Shown in pieces: positions 51,201-64,000 of a DNA stretch of 64,000 bases (the first letter of the stretch is position 1; every line of letters starts with the position of its first letter). The notes beneath the pieces are model-generated. The model made no database searches, was not told the DNA's origin, and was given only the letters and a program-made list of their open reading frames with translations. The DNA comes from Camelus ferus (Eukaryota). Where the stretch lies: NCBI RefSeq assembly GCF_009834535.1, contig NC_045696.1, forward strand, positions 36,892,001 to 36,956,000, given 5' to 3'. The translations under genes and the position numbers were made by a program.

Positions 51201-53008
51201 AGCTATGTTACTTATTTCTTTTTTTTTCCCCTTCCTTTTGTGCATCACCATACTTCCTTCACTCACCATAAAAAAGAGGCACCTCCATTACCAAATGTCA
51301 GAATTACAACCACCATAACTTGTTTGGAGAACTTTGTACTTTTGCATGAACATAATACATATGTGTTTATGAATCTCTTTATCACACAAAGCATTCATCA
51401 CATCAGTAATAGTTATAGAAAGACTGGCTATCTCAAAGATATCTTTCATCAGATAAATCAATATTAATTGTGAAAGCTATGTGCCTGGAGGGGCAATTAA
51501 CAAGAGAGAGAGATGAGACTGTTCTACATACATAGAGACTTTGAATTGATTCTTTTTTCAGACATACTTCTAACTTGAACTTGCCTTCTTTGGGGGTTCT
51601 TGCCCTCTCTAGGGTTCAGCAGGTCAGAATTACTTCCTAATTGTTGATTTAATTTTATTGCTATTGTTTCTTTCTCATTTATTAGGCACCACTCCCCTAA
51701 CTGATTAATATCATCTAGAAATTTTCCTATTTATTGCAGCTAGTTGGTGTTTTACTTTTTGCTATTTTGTTTTACCTCTACTGAGATTGTATTATGGCTC
51801 ATAGGAGAGGAGATAAATGAATGCGCTCAGCCCACAATTTTGAAGTAGATTATCATGAGAAGGTGGTTAGTCTCTAGTTTATTGTCATCACTTTACAAAT
51901 GGAACTTGTATAAACTAGGCATAAAGTTCAGTTGTTTTAGTCCTTATAGCCAGGAAAATAATGTTGAAATGTAATAATTCATTTCCTATTACATTTGAGT
52001 TATTGTCCCATTGTTCATGGTGTATTTTTTCAGAGTAATACTTTTTTTTAATCACATCTTTAAAATAATAGCCAAGCTGCCAACTTGAAGACACCTTCCA
52101 ATAATGAATGTTTCCATTCTATCAAGCAATAGTGTAATACAACACTATGCATGGCACAAACTACTGTAAAACACTTCAGCATATTCCTTTTGAAAATAAT
52201 AGCTATTCTTCTGTTTGTTTTCATTTAATATATTATAAAGTTATTCATTAACTGTGTCTCTGAAAATTAGATTAAAATTAGAGGACTTTATAATAATAAT
52301 GAAAAGGTTAGTTAAAGGGAATAACATAATTCCCATCCTTTGTAACTTCATGGATCACCTTAATGAAATCTAAAATCTGTTCAAATTTAACTCTTTTAAA
52401 ATATCAAAGAGTTTGTGTACAGAAAATTCAATCATATCATATTTATATAGAGAATTTTTGATTATGCAAAGTAAAGCATTCATTATTTATGGGTGTAGCA
52501 GTAGTTATAAAAGTTGGCTTTTCTACTATATTAAAATTCCACCAAAGGAAATACAAACTAATAACTTTCCTAAGAGTGAGAAATTTTTTCTATTAGATAT
52601 ACATTAATCAAAGCAAAGTTAAATGAAATTTAAAGACATGTTATCACTGTTTGCTAAAACAGTAAAATTACCTGATCATGCAGTCATTAGCAGCTTTGAG
52701 TAGTTTGCTCTGAATTAATTCCACTCTGTTGGGAGATAATTACAAAACTTTATAATTTTTAAGGCATGCTGACACAGAACATTCTGTTTTATAAAGCATA
52801 CTAAACTAAATTGGACTATAGTCAGCATTAACTAATGAAACATGGAAGTTAGACTTTCTTTCAAATATTAGGCCACTATTGTCTTGAGTTATAAACAATT
52901 AATTTAAACTTTGATACCAAGTGCCAGTACCATACATTAGGATCCAGTTTTGTTTCACTTCAAAAATTTATCTTGGTAAATCTAATGAGCCTAATAATAA
53001 AATGATTT

Positions 53009-53965
53009 TTTTTCTTTTTCCTTTTTTTTGTTTTTTGTTTTTGATTTTTTTAAATTGAACTATAGTCAGTTTACAATGTTTGTCAATTTACAGTGTAAAA
53101 CACGATTTTTCAGTTATACATGAACATACATATATTCATTGTTGCATTCTTTCACTGTGAGCTACCACAAGATCTTCTATATAGTTCCCTGTGCTATACA
53201 GTATAATCTTGTTTATCTATTCTACATATGCCTGTCAGTATCTACAAATTTCGAACTCCCAGTCTGTCGTCCCTTCCCACCCTCCTCCCCCCTGGCAACC
53301 ACAAGTTTGTATTCTATGTCAATGAGTCTGTTTCTGTTTTGTAGTTATGTTCTTTTTTTAATTTAATTAATTAATTAATTTAGATTCCACATATGAGCGA
53401 TCTCATATGGTATTTTTCTTTCTCTTTCTGGCTTACTTCACTTAGAATGACATTCTCCAGGGACATCCATGTTGCTGCAAATGGCGTTATGTTGTTGTCT
53501 TTATGACTGTATACTATTTCATTGTATAAATATACTACCTCTTCTTTATCCAGTTATCTGTTGATGGACACTTAGGCTGTTTCCATGTCTTGGCTATTGT
53601 AAATAGTGCTGCTATGAACATTGGGGTGCAGGTGTCTTTTTGAAGTAGGGTTCCTTCTGGATATATGCCCAGGAGCGGGATTCCTGGGTCATACAGTAAG
53701 TCTATTCCTAGTCTTTTGAGGAATCTCCATACTGTTTTCCACTGTGGCTGCACCAAACTGCATTCCCACCAGCAGTGTAGGAGGGTTCCCCTTTCTCCAC
53801 AGCCTCTCCAGCATTTGTCATTTGTGGACTTTTGAATGATGGCCATTCTGACTGGTGTGAGGTGATACCTCATTGTAGTTTTGATTTGCATTTCTCTGAT
53901 AATTAGTGATATTGAGCATTTTTTCATGTGCCTATTGATCATTTGTATTTCTTCTTTAGAGAATC
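53009..53965 (-). mobile_element. Young L1, 5'-truncated (~0.96 kb), with 14-bp TSD
   Basis: TSD taataaaatgattt at 52995-53008 and 53966-53979; ORF 53535-53993 is the ORF2 C-terminus ([47 protein letters not shown]). Confidence 0.95.
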
Positions 53966-54334
53966 TAATAAAATGATTTGAGTCTACAGACACTGTGGTT
54001 CCAAATTTAGGTCCATTGGTTCTTTTAATAACAGTAAATCTTGTAATAGCCTTCTATTAAAATATTGTTCTCAGCTATTTGTTTACATTTTCAAGGGAGT
54101 AGACACTTTCACTGTCATGAGAAATTTGTATAAAATTCATACATTTTAATTTTGACATGGATTATCTTTCTTATAGATACTTATGTCATTCTTTTTGATG
54201 AATAGAAGTGTAATTTTATAATTCTTTTATTACTTCATTGTTTCTTTGTATTTTAAGCATAACTTCAGAACAGTGGGGACATAGACCTCATAGAACATCA
54301 CTACAGGAGTAGCAGACTACTATCTGATAATCTG

Positions 54335-54768
54335 TCACCTTTCATCCTTATCAACAGATCTAAATTTTGTTGGAGGAATCAATGCACTCTGCTGAAATAC
54401 TGTATTCGATACCACTAACTGAAGGAATGATGACCAATAATATGTAAATACAAGTTGATATCTGACTCTTCCAGACAGTTTCAGAAAAAGACAGATTCAG
54501 TTGGCTGGTGCTTTGTCTTTGATATTTCTGTTTTTCTTCCTGGCTATAATGTGACATCATGAACTGATGCTGTAGCTGCCATCTTAAACCTGATGGTAAA
54601 AGATAGAGCACAGATTCACAGTGACCTCAGCTCCAGAGATCTTTGACCTGCTATGTTAGACGGGGACTGCCTACTTCCATTCTTCTAGTTACCTGGGGAA
54701 AAAATAAACCTCAGGCTTGTTTGGAATTTCTCTTGCATACAGCTGGACTTAATCCTTAATTGTAATAC
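54335..54768 (+). mobile_element. Old MaLR LTR (MLT1H-J-like)
   Basis: 'atctgactcttccagac', 'tgtagctgccatctt', 'ctgcctacttcc...aaaataaacc', 'tcttgcatacagctggacttaatcct...aatac'. Confidence 0.5.
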
Positions 54769-55659
54769 CTGATTTTAACAAGATTCTGAACACTTGAGGG
54801 AGTATTTAAATATACCATTGGCCAGACTCCATCCACGTTTAGGTAACTTAACCAACTAACTTGAGGTGAGATAAATGGGCTTTGATATTTTTAGAAAGTT
54901 CTCCATGAAGACTAATGTACAGTTCAGGTTAAGAAACTCTCCTTCCAAGTCTATCCACTACAAAGAAAATATCTTGATTGAAATAATCAGTTCTGATTCC
55001 AAAATTAACTTTGGAAATATTTTATTTTTTTCTATGACAAATTTTGAAAATGACTGAGCTGCTAATATAGATTTTTTAATAATATATTTTTCAATAAACA
55101 AGATTATCATTTCAAAATTCAAAATAATAAGCAATAGTTTTCTGAAATTATCTTTTATTATCTGCCCACTAAGATGCGGTGAATCAAAATATTTCCATCC
55201 TGATTGAAAATGATATATGTACATGTAAGTGTTTATAAATAAAAATAATTAAAGACAAATGTCATGTGGTATGGGAATAAATGAATTCAAGGGTATAAAG
55301 TAGCCTCTGAATCTTGAGTTACTAATTTCAGATGAATCAAAGCATTGGTCATAATATCATTCAGTGCTTCCTGTATTAGAAATTTTATGATAAATTTCCC
55401 TTAAAATTTAGCATAAGATTGGTATACTTTAAACACTAATAAAACTTTTATATTGAAAATTATATAGTTCTATTTTCCTTGTCTATTCTTCTGATGGAAA
55501 AATTTTGATTTTAGGTCCCCATTGTTGTTAATTTTCATGATATGGACTTGTAGAGAACATATTTTTATGTTACTGCATAGTTCACATTTTATGAGAAAAA
55601 TCTTATTGAAATTTGGGACCTAGTCTAAAAGAGTAAGACTTAAATGTTAATATACTACC

Positions 55660-56105
55660 GTGAGAACCCCAGAGAGATTTCTCTAACTCTGGTAGTGTGC
55701 ATTTACTTTTCAAAAGTGCAGAGACCTTATCTTTGGGTTGCAAAGCTGAAGACAATATTCTTATCTTTCCCAAGGAGAGATTTATTTACATTCTAAAGGG
55801 TGTAATATGCAGTCAGAATCTTCCCAAGGAATAAAAGGTTTTCTCCCTCCTTCAAGAAGGGGAGAAGGACAGTGTGTACAAAAGTACACAGATTCATTTT
55901 TTTGGTGTTTCTCACCCACAGCACAGAGTCCTGTCCATTTAGGTGACTTCTGGTTCTCATCACATTGCTCTAGGGGAAAGAATTAAGCCAAAGGAAAGTC
56001 AGTGCAACTATTATTATGTAAATAAAGTAATTAATATGCCTCTGCTCCAGAAATCTCCTCTATGCATCAGGTTATTATTAATAAATGTGATAATTGCAAA
56101 CATAA
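55660..56105 (+). mobile_element. Probable old ERV LTR (family uncertain)
   Basis: 'cttatctttcccaaggagagatttatttacatt'; AATAAA at ~56021 followed by U5-like 'tgcctctgctccagaaatctc'. Confidence 0.4.
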
Positions 56106-56449
56106 CACATGCCTTTTGATTTTAAAATGCCTTTTCTACTCTAAAGGTTATAAGATTTTATCCATAATTTCATAAGACTTAAACCTTTAAATTCCTGATG
56201 AATTTGTAGTTTTTGTTGATATACATTGTGAGGTAAATAAGTAATTATACACTTATACAAGACAAGTTTGTTCAAGTGTCTACTATACTCCTCTGTTTTG
56301 GTTGTTTTGGTTTTAATTGTTTTACAAGGATGGAGTGGTATCTGGGACCACCGAGGCACCTGAAGCACATCCTGTGACTATCCAGACCTTGCAGCAAATG
56401 GAATGGTACAGCCATAGAGCTAGAGTCCCCCAGCCCAAAACTCAATCTC

Positions 56450-56570
56450 CTGTCCTTCCTTCCTCCCTTCTTCCCTCCCTGCCTCCCTGTCTTCCTCCCT
56501 CCCTTTCTCTCCTTGTTTTCTTCCTTCCACTCTTCATTTCTCTCTATTTGCCTTTTTATTTCTTTTCTTT
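56450..56570. repeat. CT-rich low-complexity tract
   Basis: Seen directly ((CCTT/CCCT)n-like). Confidence 0.85.
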
Positions 56571-56579
56571 TACCACTCA

Positions 56580-59500
56580 ATTGCATTCCACAAACTCTGA
56601 TATATTTTCAATACCATTCACTTCCAAATATTTGAAATTCCCTTATGATTTTATCTTTGATCTGTTGATTATTTAATGTGTGTTGCATAACACTTGAATA
56701 TTTTTAGTTTCATATATATATATATATATGTATGTGTATATATATATATAGTTGGTTTCTAATTTAACTGCATTGTAGTCAGAGAGATACTCTGCATGAT
56801 TTTAAGTCTTTTAAGTTATTGATAGTGTCTTATGGCCCAGCATCTGAGCTTAGCATCTGAACTTTCTTGGTAGAGGTACACCTGAAAAGAATTTGAATAT
56901 GGGGTTGTTGAGTGTGGTGTTCTATAAATGTTCATTAGAACAAGTTTTTTGATACTATTTTAAGTCTTCAGTATCTTTCGTAATGTTTTGTCTATAATAT
57001 ATTCTATCTACTGTTTAAAGATAGATGTTACAATCTCCTACAATGATTTTGGATTTGTCTTCAATTTTGTCAAAATTTGTTTCATGCTATTTGAAGCTCT
57101 GTATTAGACACCGTAATACATTAATAATTTTATATCTTTCTGATGAATTATTAGCATTTTGAAATGCCCCTTTTTATCTCTGGGAGTTCTTTTTGTCTTC
57201 AAGTCTATTTTATTTGATGTTAAACTAGCAACCTCAGCTTTCTCATCCTAACAACTTGCAAGATCTATCTTTTTCCATTCATTTACTTTCAAACTATCTG
57301 TCTTTGTAATTAAAGTGTGTTTTTCATAGGCAGCATTGCTTATTCATTTTGATAATCTCTGCCTTTTAAATGGAGTGTTTGGAACATTAGTGTTTAATGT
57401 TAATTACTGATATTGTTGAATTTAGCTCTAGTATTTTACCTTTTTTTTTCTATTTTTGGTTTTTCTTTCTTTCATGACCTTTTATATAATTTGTGATTTA
57501 TTAAAATTATGTTTTAATGTATCTCGTGACATTTTTGTTAGACTTATCAGTGTTACAATATGCATCCTTAAATTTTCATAGTCAACTGAGAGTTAATACT
57601 AAATCACTTCAAGTTATAGCTAAAAACCTTGAAATCATATAAGCTCTTTCCTCCCCATCTTTATATTTGTCATATATACTGTAACTATAAATAGTTTTTT
57701 TAAATATAAAATAATATTTTAAGTTTTGCCTTAAAATCATAGATATTTTAACTGACTTAAAGAAAACTAGTATTTTCATTTTTCCTGTAACTTCCCATTC
57801 CTGATGCTTTTCTTTCATTCCTCAAGAGATGAATTGTACTCTCACATCCTTTCTGTTTAATTCAAATATCTCACTTTACTGTATGTATATATAATAGTTA
57901 CATATATAACATACATAAATAAATATGTAAGTGTATATAGTTGGTAGTACAGGCCTGCTAGTGACAGTTTTTTTTTTAATTTGCAAATGTCTTGTTTTGC
58001 CTTAATTCTTGAAGGATATTTTCATTGATAATAGGATTCTAAGTGGGCAGCGTTTTCCACTTATGGAAAGCTAAAATTGTTTATATTCTACAAAGTTCAT
58101 CTTGAAACTCTTCTCTCATTCTTATTATTGCTCCTTTGAAAGCAATGTATCTCATCTTTCTGATTCATTTAGAATTTCTTTTTTTCTCTTTGTTTCCAGG
58201 AGTCTTTCTATAATGTCTATGTATTATTTGAAAATAATTAGAAACTATTTTTCCTGAATTTCATAGAGCTTTTGGTATATTTGACTTGAATTTTATCTAT
58301 TATGTCTCTTCTCTGTTTATAGATTCCAGTGTCCATAATCTTAGATCTTTGTACTATATTCCATGTCTTTTACACTCTTTCTGAATTTCCATCCTTTTTC
58401 TTTCTGTGCTTCAATTGGAATATTTTTCCCTAAGCAATCTTCCAGCTTATTAATCTTGCTTTTTTGTAATATCTCTGTATTATTGATATATCTTAATTAT
58501 ATTCTGGTACTTTTTCAGTGCTACAATTTTTATTTAACTCTTATATATTACCATTTCCTATGATATTATTCTTTCTTCTTGAACTAATCATGATTACATA
58601 AATTCCCTACCCAATATCTCCAATATCTAGAACATCCACGAGTCTTCTAAAAAAATCTCTATATTTTAACAAAAATTAAACAGAAATTTTGTAATTTAGA
58701 ACACTTTTAAATTTATAGAACAATTGTACAGATGATACAAAAAGTTCTCAATAGCCTGCACCCAGTTTCTGTTAATAACATCTTACATGCATATGGTAAA
58801 TGTAATGAACCAATGTTACTACACTATTATTAACTAAAGTCTATGCATTATTCAGATTTTCCTAGTTTTCACATAATGCCCTTTTTCTGTTCTACCATAA
58901 TTACACTTCAGCCCTGTTGGTGCTGTGGTAAGATGTGGGGGAGGAGATGCATATTCTACAATCTTAATATTATTTTTTTATTGAGCTTGTGTCTCTGAGC
59001 TGCAACTTTTAGAAGTATTTCTCCAGTGGTATAGTATTTTTTCCCCAGTAGCTCAAAAGGGAGAAACAGTAAGACTAGAGGTTGCTTGAATGTGAGAACT
59101 GCTCTTCCCCTACGTGGGATAAGGCTCTGGTGAAGTCCTTCTCCTTCAGAGGAGGCCTTTGTCACAGAGAATGACCGCCCCACCTCACACCTTCCGTGGA
59201 TACTGCAATGGCTACTCTTCTCCTCCTGCTGCCAGTCATGAGGGATCTTGAGTCTTGACCTTGAGGATCTGGTGTGTTTCTTTTAAGTAAATCCCATAAA
59301 TGTGTGAGTGTCCCCTAAGACTGTGGACCCAGGGATTTCTCATCCTCAAACTCAGACCTCAGCAGTTCGTCAAATTTACCATTTAATTACCATTTGGGAA
59401 TCTACCAGCATTTATAGCTCCAGGGGGTTCTGTTCCAGGTAAGCAGATCTGAACTGTGACTTTTCAGGTTTGAGGATGGAGATTTTCCCTGCAATCTCAG

Positions 59501-59610
59501 TTCTCTAAGAGGTGAAAGAAAATGTCACTTTTCAGTTTCAGCTTTGCTTGTCATAAATACTGGAGTAATGACTTCTAAGCTCTTTTTATTTTGGAGCTGA
59601 AGCCAGTGTT
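56580..59610 (-). mobile_element. Old L1 (L1MC/MD-like) fragments, with a nested L1 3'-end piece at ~58690-58895
   Basis: Antisense-ORF2 text ('gttgttgagtgtggtgttctataaatg', 'tatttgaagctctgtattag', 'ttttgataatctctgccttttaaatggagtgttt'); (TA)n at 56712-56750. Confidence 0.7.
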
Positions 59611-60147
59611 CCTCAATCTCTTTTGGGAGAAACAGTACATTGACTTGTGGGTCTTTTCAGACTGTTTTGTTTTTGGTTTGGTTTGTGTCCTTTGGTTTCC
59701 TCCCTTGGAATGCCTGTGATCTTTTATTGAATGCCAGAAAGTTTTAAGGAAATTGACAAGGCTCTATTTTATGTTATCCTCCTCTCAAAAGGATTAATCT
59801 TTTTCCGGAAAGCAGTTAGAGAACTTTTAGTTCACCTTGATCTAGGTAAGAATGTTTTTTAAGCTGTGTTCGTGCTGGTTATTTTCAATGGCCCTTCCTC
59901 CCGAAGAATAATTCTTCCTGGTTTTAGCCATTCTGTGATTTCAGCTTAAAGCTTCTCTCTCTCACTGTCTTCTTTTTCTCTTAACTAAAGAACTTTCATC
60001 CTGGCGGGACCTGAATTCTGACCTCGGGCTCCACAGTGTTGTAAGACTGCTGGAATCTTTGTGGAGCACTTCAGTCACAGAGCTGCTGCTTTCAGCTTTA
60101 TGAGTATCCCACTTTGCATATGCAGTTTAACAGTCAGCAAACACCTT

Positions 60148-60533
60148 ATTATAGGCTGAACTGTGTCCCCCAAATTCATATATTCAAGTCCCAGTACCCA
60201 GTATTTCAGGATGTAATTTTATTTGGAGATGAGGTCTCAAAAGAGATGGTTAAGTTAAAGTGAGGCCCTTAGGGTGAGGCCCTTATCCCATGTGACTGCT
60301 ACACTTACAAGAAGAGAGAGGCACCAGGGTTGTGTGCACCCCCAGGGTGACCGTGTGAAGAGACAGAAAAAAGGCAGCTCTCTGAAAGTGAAACAGAGAG
60401 GCCTCAGAGGAATCCAGCCTTGCTGGCATCTTGATCTTGGAATTCTAGCTTCCAGAACTGTGAGAAAATAAATTTCTGTTGTTCAAGCCACCCAGTGTGG
60501 CATTTTGTTGGGGCACCTTTAGCAAACGAATAC
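60148..60533 (+). mobile_element. MaLR LTR MLT1A/B-like
   Basis: 'ggctgaactgtgtcccccaaattcatatattcaagtcc', 'ttgatcttggaattctagcttccagaactgtgagaaaataaatttctgttg'. Confidence 0.88.
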
Positions 60534-62764
60534 CTGTGTTATGAGAAAATATAAAACAGGATTTTAGTCTCTTATCTATGTATCTTTCTTTCTCCCTATG
60601 TTTCAATCTATTCGGCAATCTCAAAGTATAACTTCATTATCGTTAACTCAGTGAGACTGCAGCAAGAGCTGGGAGGTCACCTTCCCTAAGCCTCAACTTC
60701 TTCTGTTATGATTTAGAAAATTATTCGAGGGAAAAAGCTGAAATGGAGATAAGGGCTCAGTTTGTTATGACTTCCTCCTCTTAAGAATTTTCACCCCTTG
60801 AATGTTGTCTGCCTTGTATATTTTTCTAGGTTTAATAAATGAGCCTTGCTGGGAGTGTCAGCCTTATATAAACTGCCCTAACATGAAACTGAAATTTTCT
60901 TTCCGATGTTTGAGGATTTAATTTTCTATTGATGATTTTAAAAATGAAACAATTGTACAATATATTTTGTACAGTATGTAAATTGAGATTTGGGTGCTCA
61001 ATTTTTTTCTCCTGCAAATGTATCCATTTTCTCCTTTCTCATTGGATATGTATATATCTGCTTCTAAGTTGCCACTGAATTTCCTAAGTGAATATTTTTT
61101 TATTCCATCTGCCTTCAGAATTTTTTCTTCCATAAATAAATTAAGCCCAGGCTGATCACAGAAGTGCTAGAGATTTGTCTCAGTCTCTATCACAAGATAC
61201 AAATAGATATACATAGAGAGAGATATATAGCTCCTCTATATTTAATGAGAGTACACTAGTGTCTGGTTTAGTGATTTAAATATTTAATTTAAAAAGTTAA
61301 GCAAAGTAACCTATTGTGGTATTTCCTAAAAGTCCACTACTTCATGGTAAAGGCTGAACCATTGCTAGCTTTTGCTCTCTTAGTTGGTTTGGGTAGTCCC
61401 CTTACCCGAAAACTGTAACCTGCAGTTATACATGATGTGCTTATATGTGGTTGTATCATATCCTTCACATCATCAGCTTACAATGTGATAAACATTATTT
61501 CAAACCATAGCATTTATTGGTATTTTGTTGAACTTACTATTTATTTTTTGCTACCCAAAGATAACTTAATACTAAGAGAAGAAGCAATGAAAGTGTATTA
61601 TTGATTATTTCAAATTTAAGATCTCACCTTTCTTTAAAGCACAGGCAGTGTAAATAGTTTCTGTAGTTGGAGCCATGTTCTGACCAACCTGAGTTTCAAA
61701 TTTATACACAACTGTCCTCAAATAATGATACTGGTAACAGCAACTTCATGCTTTATGGGACTTGTGGAAAAAAAGAAAAACACAATCAGTTCTCTTTCAT
61801 GAGATGTTGAGATCTGTAGGCTTCCTTCAAAGGAGTTCTTTGTCTGCACATGGAAAGACTTAGGGAGAAGAAGGGAAGAAAGAGCCTCACTCCCTTTTAA
61901 TACAGTCTGTGAAAGTGGTTCAGTGAGGTAGAAAGCTTCATTGCAAGTCTGGATATAGGTCCTATAACAGGCAACAAAGAGAAAGTCAATTTCAAAGGTC
62001 TTTTCAAAAAAGTAGATACAAAAAAATAAAACACTGAAGGGCCAGGTCAAATAAAGGGTTGTACCCTAAAAAATAACAAGTACAGAGAAGTGCTAAATAA
62101 TTTTATTTAACAGAGTATCTACTCATGTTGACTTCTTTTTATAGTAAAACTATTCAAAAAATATTTTTAAAATATATATATGTATTTCCAAATATTTATT
62201 ATTCCAAAGCATGAGAGCCTAATGTTCACCTTAGACAAAAGTAATTTTTTGTTAAAAAGAATAAGCTAGAGACCCACAGTCTTGATAAACCCCACAGTTT
62301 TATGCATTTGTGTGTATGTCTGTGCATGCATGTATGTGTTTGTGCATGCTTTTTGTTTTTTATTAGTGCACACCACAGATATTTATATATTATATATTTT
62401 AATATGTAAGGTATGTTATTAAGGAAAAAAGTAAAGACACTATTGAAAAGTAAACCACTCTGAGATACGGGCCAGAATTCAGAAATATCAAGTGACTAAA
62501 AGAAAAAGGAAGCATGAAGTAAAAAAATATATAAAAGGCTCTGCCATGGGGTTTATTTCTGATGCTGCGGTGTATAGTTGCCTTTCTCTTTGGGCACTGA
62601 TATCTGAACAACCTTTTCAAGTTTAGAAAACTTGAAATATAATTATATAGAATTTATACATGATAAATATCATCACATCTGTTGGTTTGATTCCACTGGA
62701 GTGAGTATTTCAGAGGTCACTGGTTAAAGACAAAAGAAGATTTTATTTAGAGAGAGGGATGTTT

Positions 62765-64000
62765 TAATTTGAGATAACAGTATGTTTTAAATTCTCCCCT
62801 TCTGAACTTTGTCCTATTGGTGTCATACATTTTACTTGTACAGATGTTATAAATCTCATATTATTATTATTATTTTGTTTAAATAGGCAATTTTAAAAGA
62901 TTTAAATAGTAAGAAAAACAGTCATGTATTTGCTCATGTAATTACCATTTCTGCTACTTTTCATTTCCTCATGGGGATCCATTTTTCCATCTGGTATAAA
63001 TTTTTTTCTTCCTGAAGAGCTTTAACCTTTCATTGTACTATGGGTCTGTTACCAAAACGCAAGTCCAATTGCTTGCTGCTCAAAAGCCAACACCCAAGAG
63101 GCATGGGTTGATAGAAAGAAAAGTTTGCTTTATTCTGGAGGCTGGCAACCAAGGGAGAGAGTGGACTCATGTCTAAAGGCCAACTTCCCCCTGCTGATCA
63201 GTGGGCAAGAGCTTTAAAGAGGAGTGTCAGAGGTGTATAGGCAGAGGGAGGGGGCTGAGTGCAGAACAGCACTGTCAGCTCTGACAGTCATCTTGCAGTT
63301 GGACATGTGGTGTCTGATCTGCGTTATCTTGATTGTTATAAGAACAGTTAATCTTCAGTTCCATGGCCACTTTGTTCCCATTTCCTTGAGGCCAATTCTC
63401 GGAATTGTGGAGCTTATGTCATGGCTACAGTCTGGTCATCATGTAGTTAACTTCATCCACCTGATGAGGGTATCAGTGTACAAAACATTTCAAAGAATAT
63501 AGCTCAGAATATCATCTCTAGCCCTTGAAGGAGAACTAATGGTCCTTGACTTTGTTTAATGACTAAGCTATTATTATTTTGTTTTACTTGACTATTTCCC
63601 TTTGTTTCTCCACTTCATTATTTCTCTGATTAAACTTATTTTTGAATAAAGTTTTTCTACAGACAAGAAGCAGACAGAGGACATGATGGGAAGGGGTCTG
63701 TCCCGGGAAGGCCCCTTAGGGTTCAGCTCTGTTTCAGGCCTGCTGGATTGCTTCAGCTTTTCTGTATCTGAACTCATAGTCATTGCTTTATCTTTTGCAT
63801 GTCTAAAACTATCTTAATTTTGCCTTTATATTTAAAAGTTATTTCTTTTTTTCAGTATTTGAAAGAATTTGCGTAACTGTCTTCTCGCTTGAACTGTTTC
63901 TGATGAGCAATCTGCTGTCATCTTTATCTGTAAATATGCCATTTTTCTCTGGCTACTTTTAAGATTTTAACATTGGTTTTAAGTATTTTAACTATAATTT
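62765..64000 (-). mobile_element. Old L1 fragment interrupted by the LTR at 63047-63736; runs off the window end
   Basis: 'gtaattaccatttctgctacttttcatttcct...ccatctggtat', resuming 'ctgctggattgcttcagctttt...tctgatgagcaatctgctgtcatctttatc'. Confidence 0.7.
63047..63736 (-). mobile_element. ERV1-class solo LTR, 690 bp
   Basis: TG...CA ends (tgttacc...gtttca); 4-bp TSD ggtc/ggcc with 1 mismatch; tttatt at ~63129; same terminal 'tgttacc' as the LTR at 26330. Confidence 0.8.

Noticed and set aside
4690..53965. All three young L1s on the minus strand as proof of a plus-strand host gene
   Set aside because: Only three copies, and older L1 fragments occur on both strands
56272..56676. Overlapping 104-aa and 119-aa ORFs
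   Set aside because: Open only because they cross a CT-rich low-complexity tract
26330..63736. LTRs at 26330 and 63047 as the two ends of one provirus
   Set aside because: Different lengths and sequences, each with its own TSD, 36 kb apart with no gag/pol/env between
39..63783. Remaining 60-116 aa ORFs in the track
   Set aside because: Expected background or repeat-derived; none resembles a protein family I can name

Overview
This is AT-rich, CpG-depleted, repeat-rich eutherian mammalian genomic DNA (intronic or intergenic), not a prokaryotic or viral locus. Much of it is interspersed repeat: young and old L1, L2, MIR, MaLR/ERVL/ERV1 LTRs and Tigger/hAT relics. The style of the young L1 3' ends and the absence of recognisable Alu, B1, Bov-A, PRE-1 or Can-SINE copies suggest a cetartiodactyl, probably a camelid (inference). 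I cannot identify a host protein-coding gene. The only long genuine ORF is an intact 314-aa L1 ORF1 (41934-42878, minus). It lies in a ~1.87-kb element bounded by a target-site duplication (TSD), in which the inter-ORF spacer is fused to the last part of ORF2 exactly after a CAG dinucleotide-type acceptor, and whose 5' end is a perfect 10-bp hairpin. This candidate spliced or 'half-L1' insertion is the most interesting item. Also notable are a young 457-bp solo LTR with three 45-bp tandem units, a three-layer nested L1 cluster and some speculative small exons. Repeat family names come from recalled consensus features, not searches, and boundaries of old repeats are approximate.
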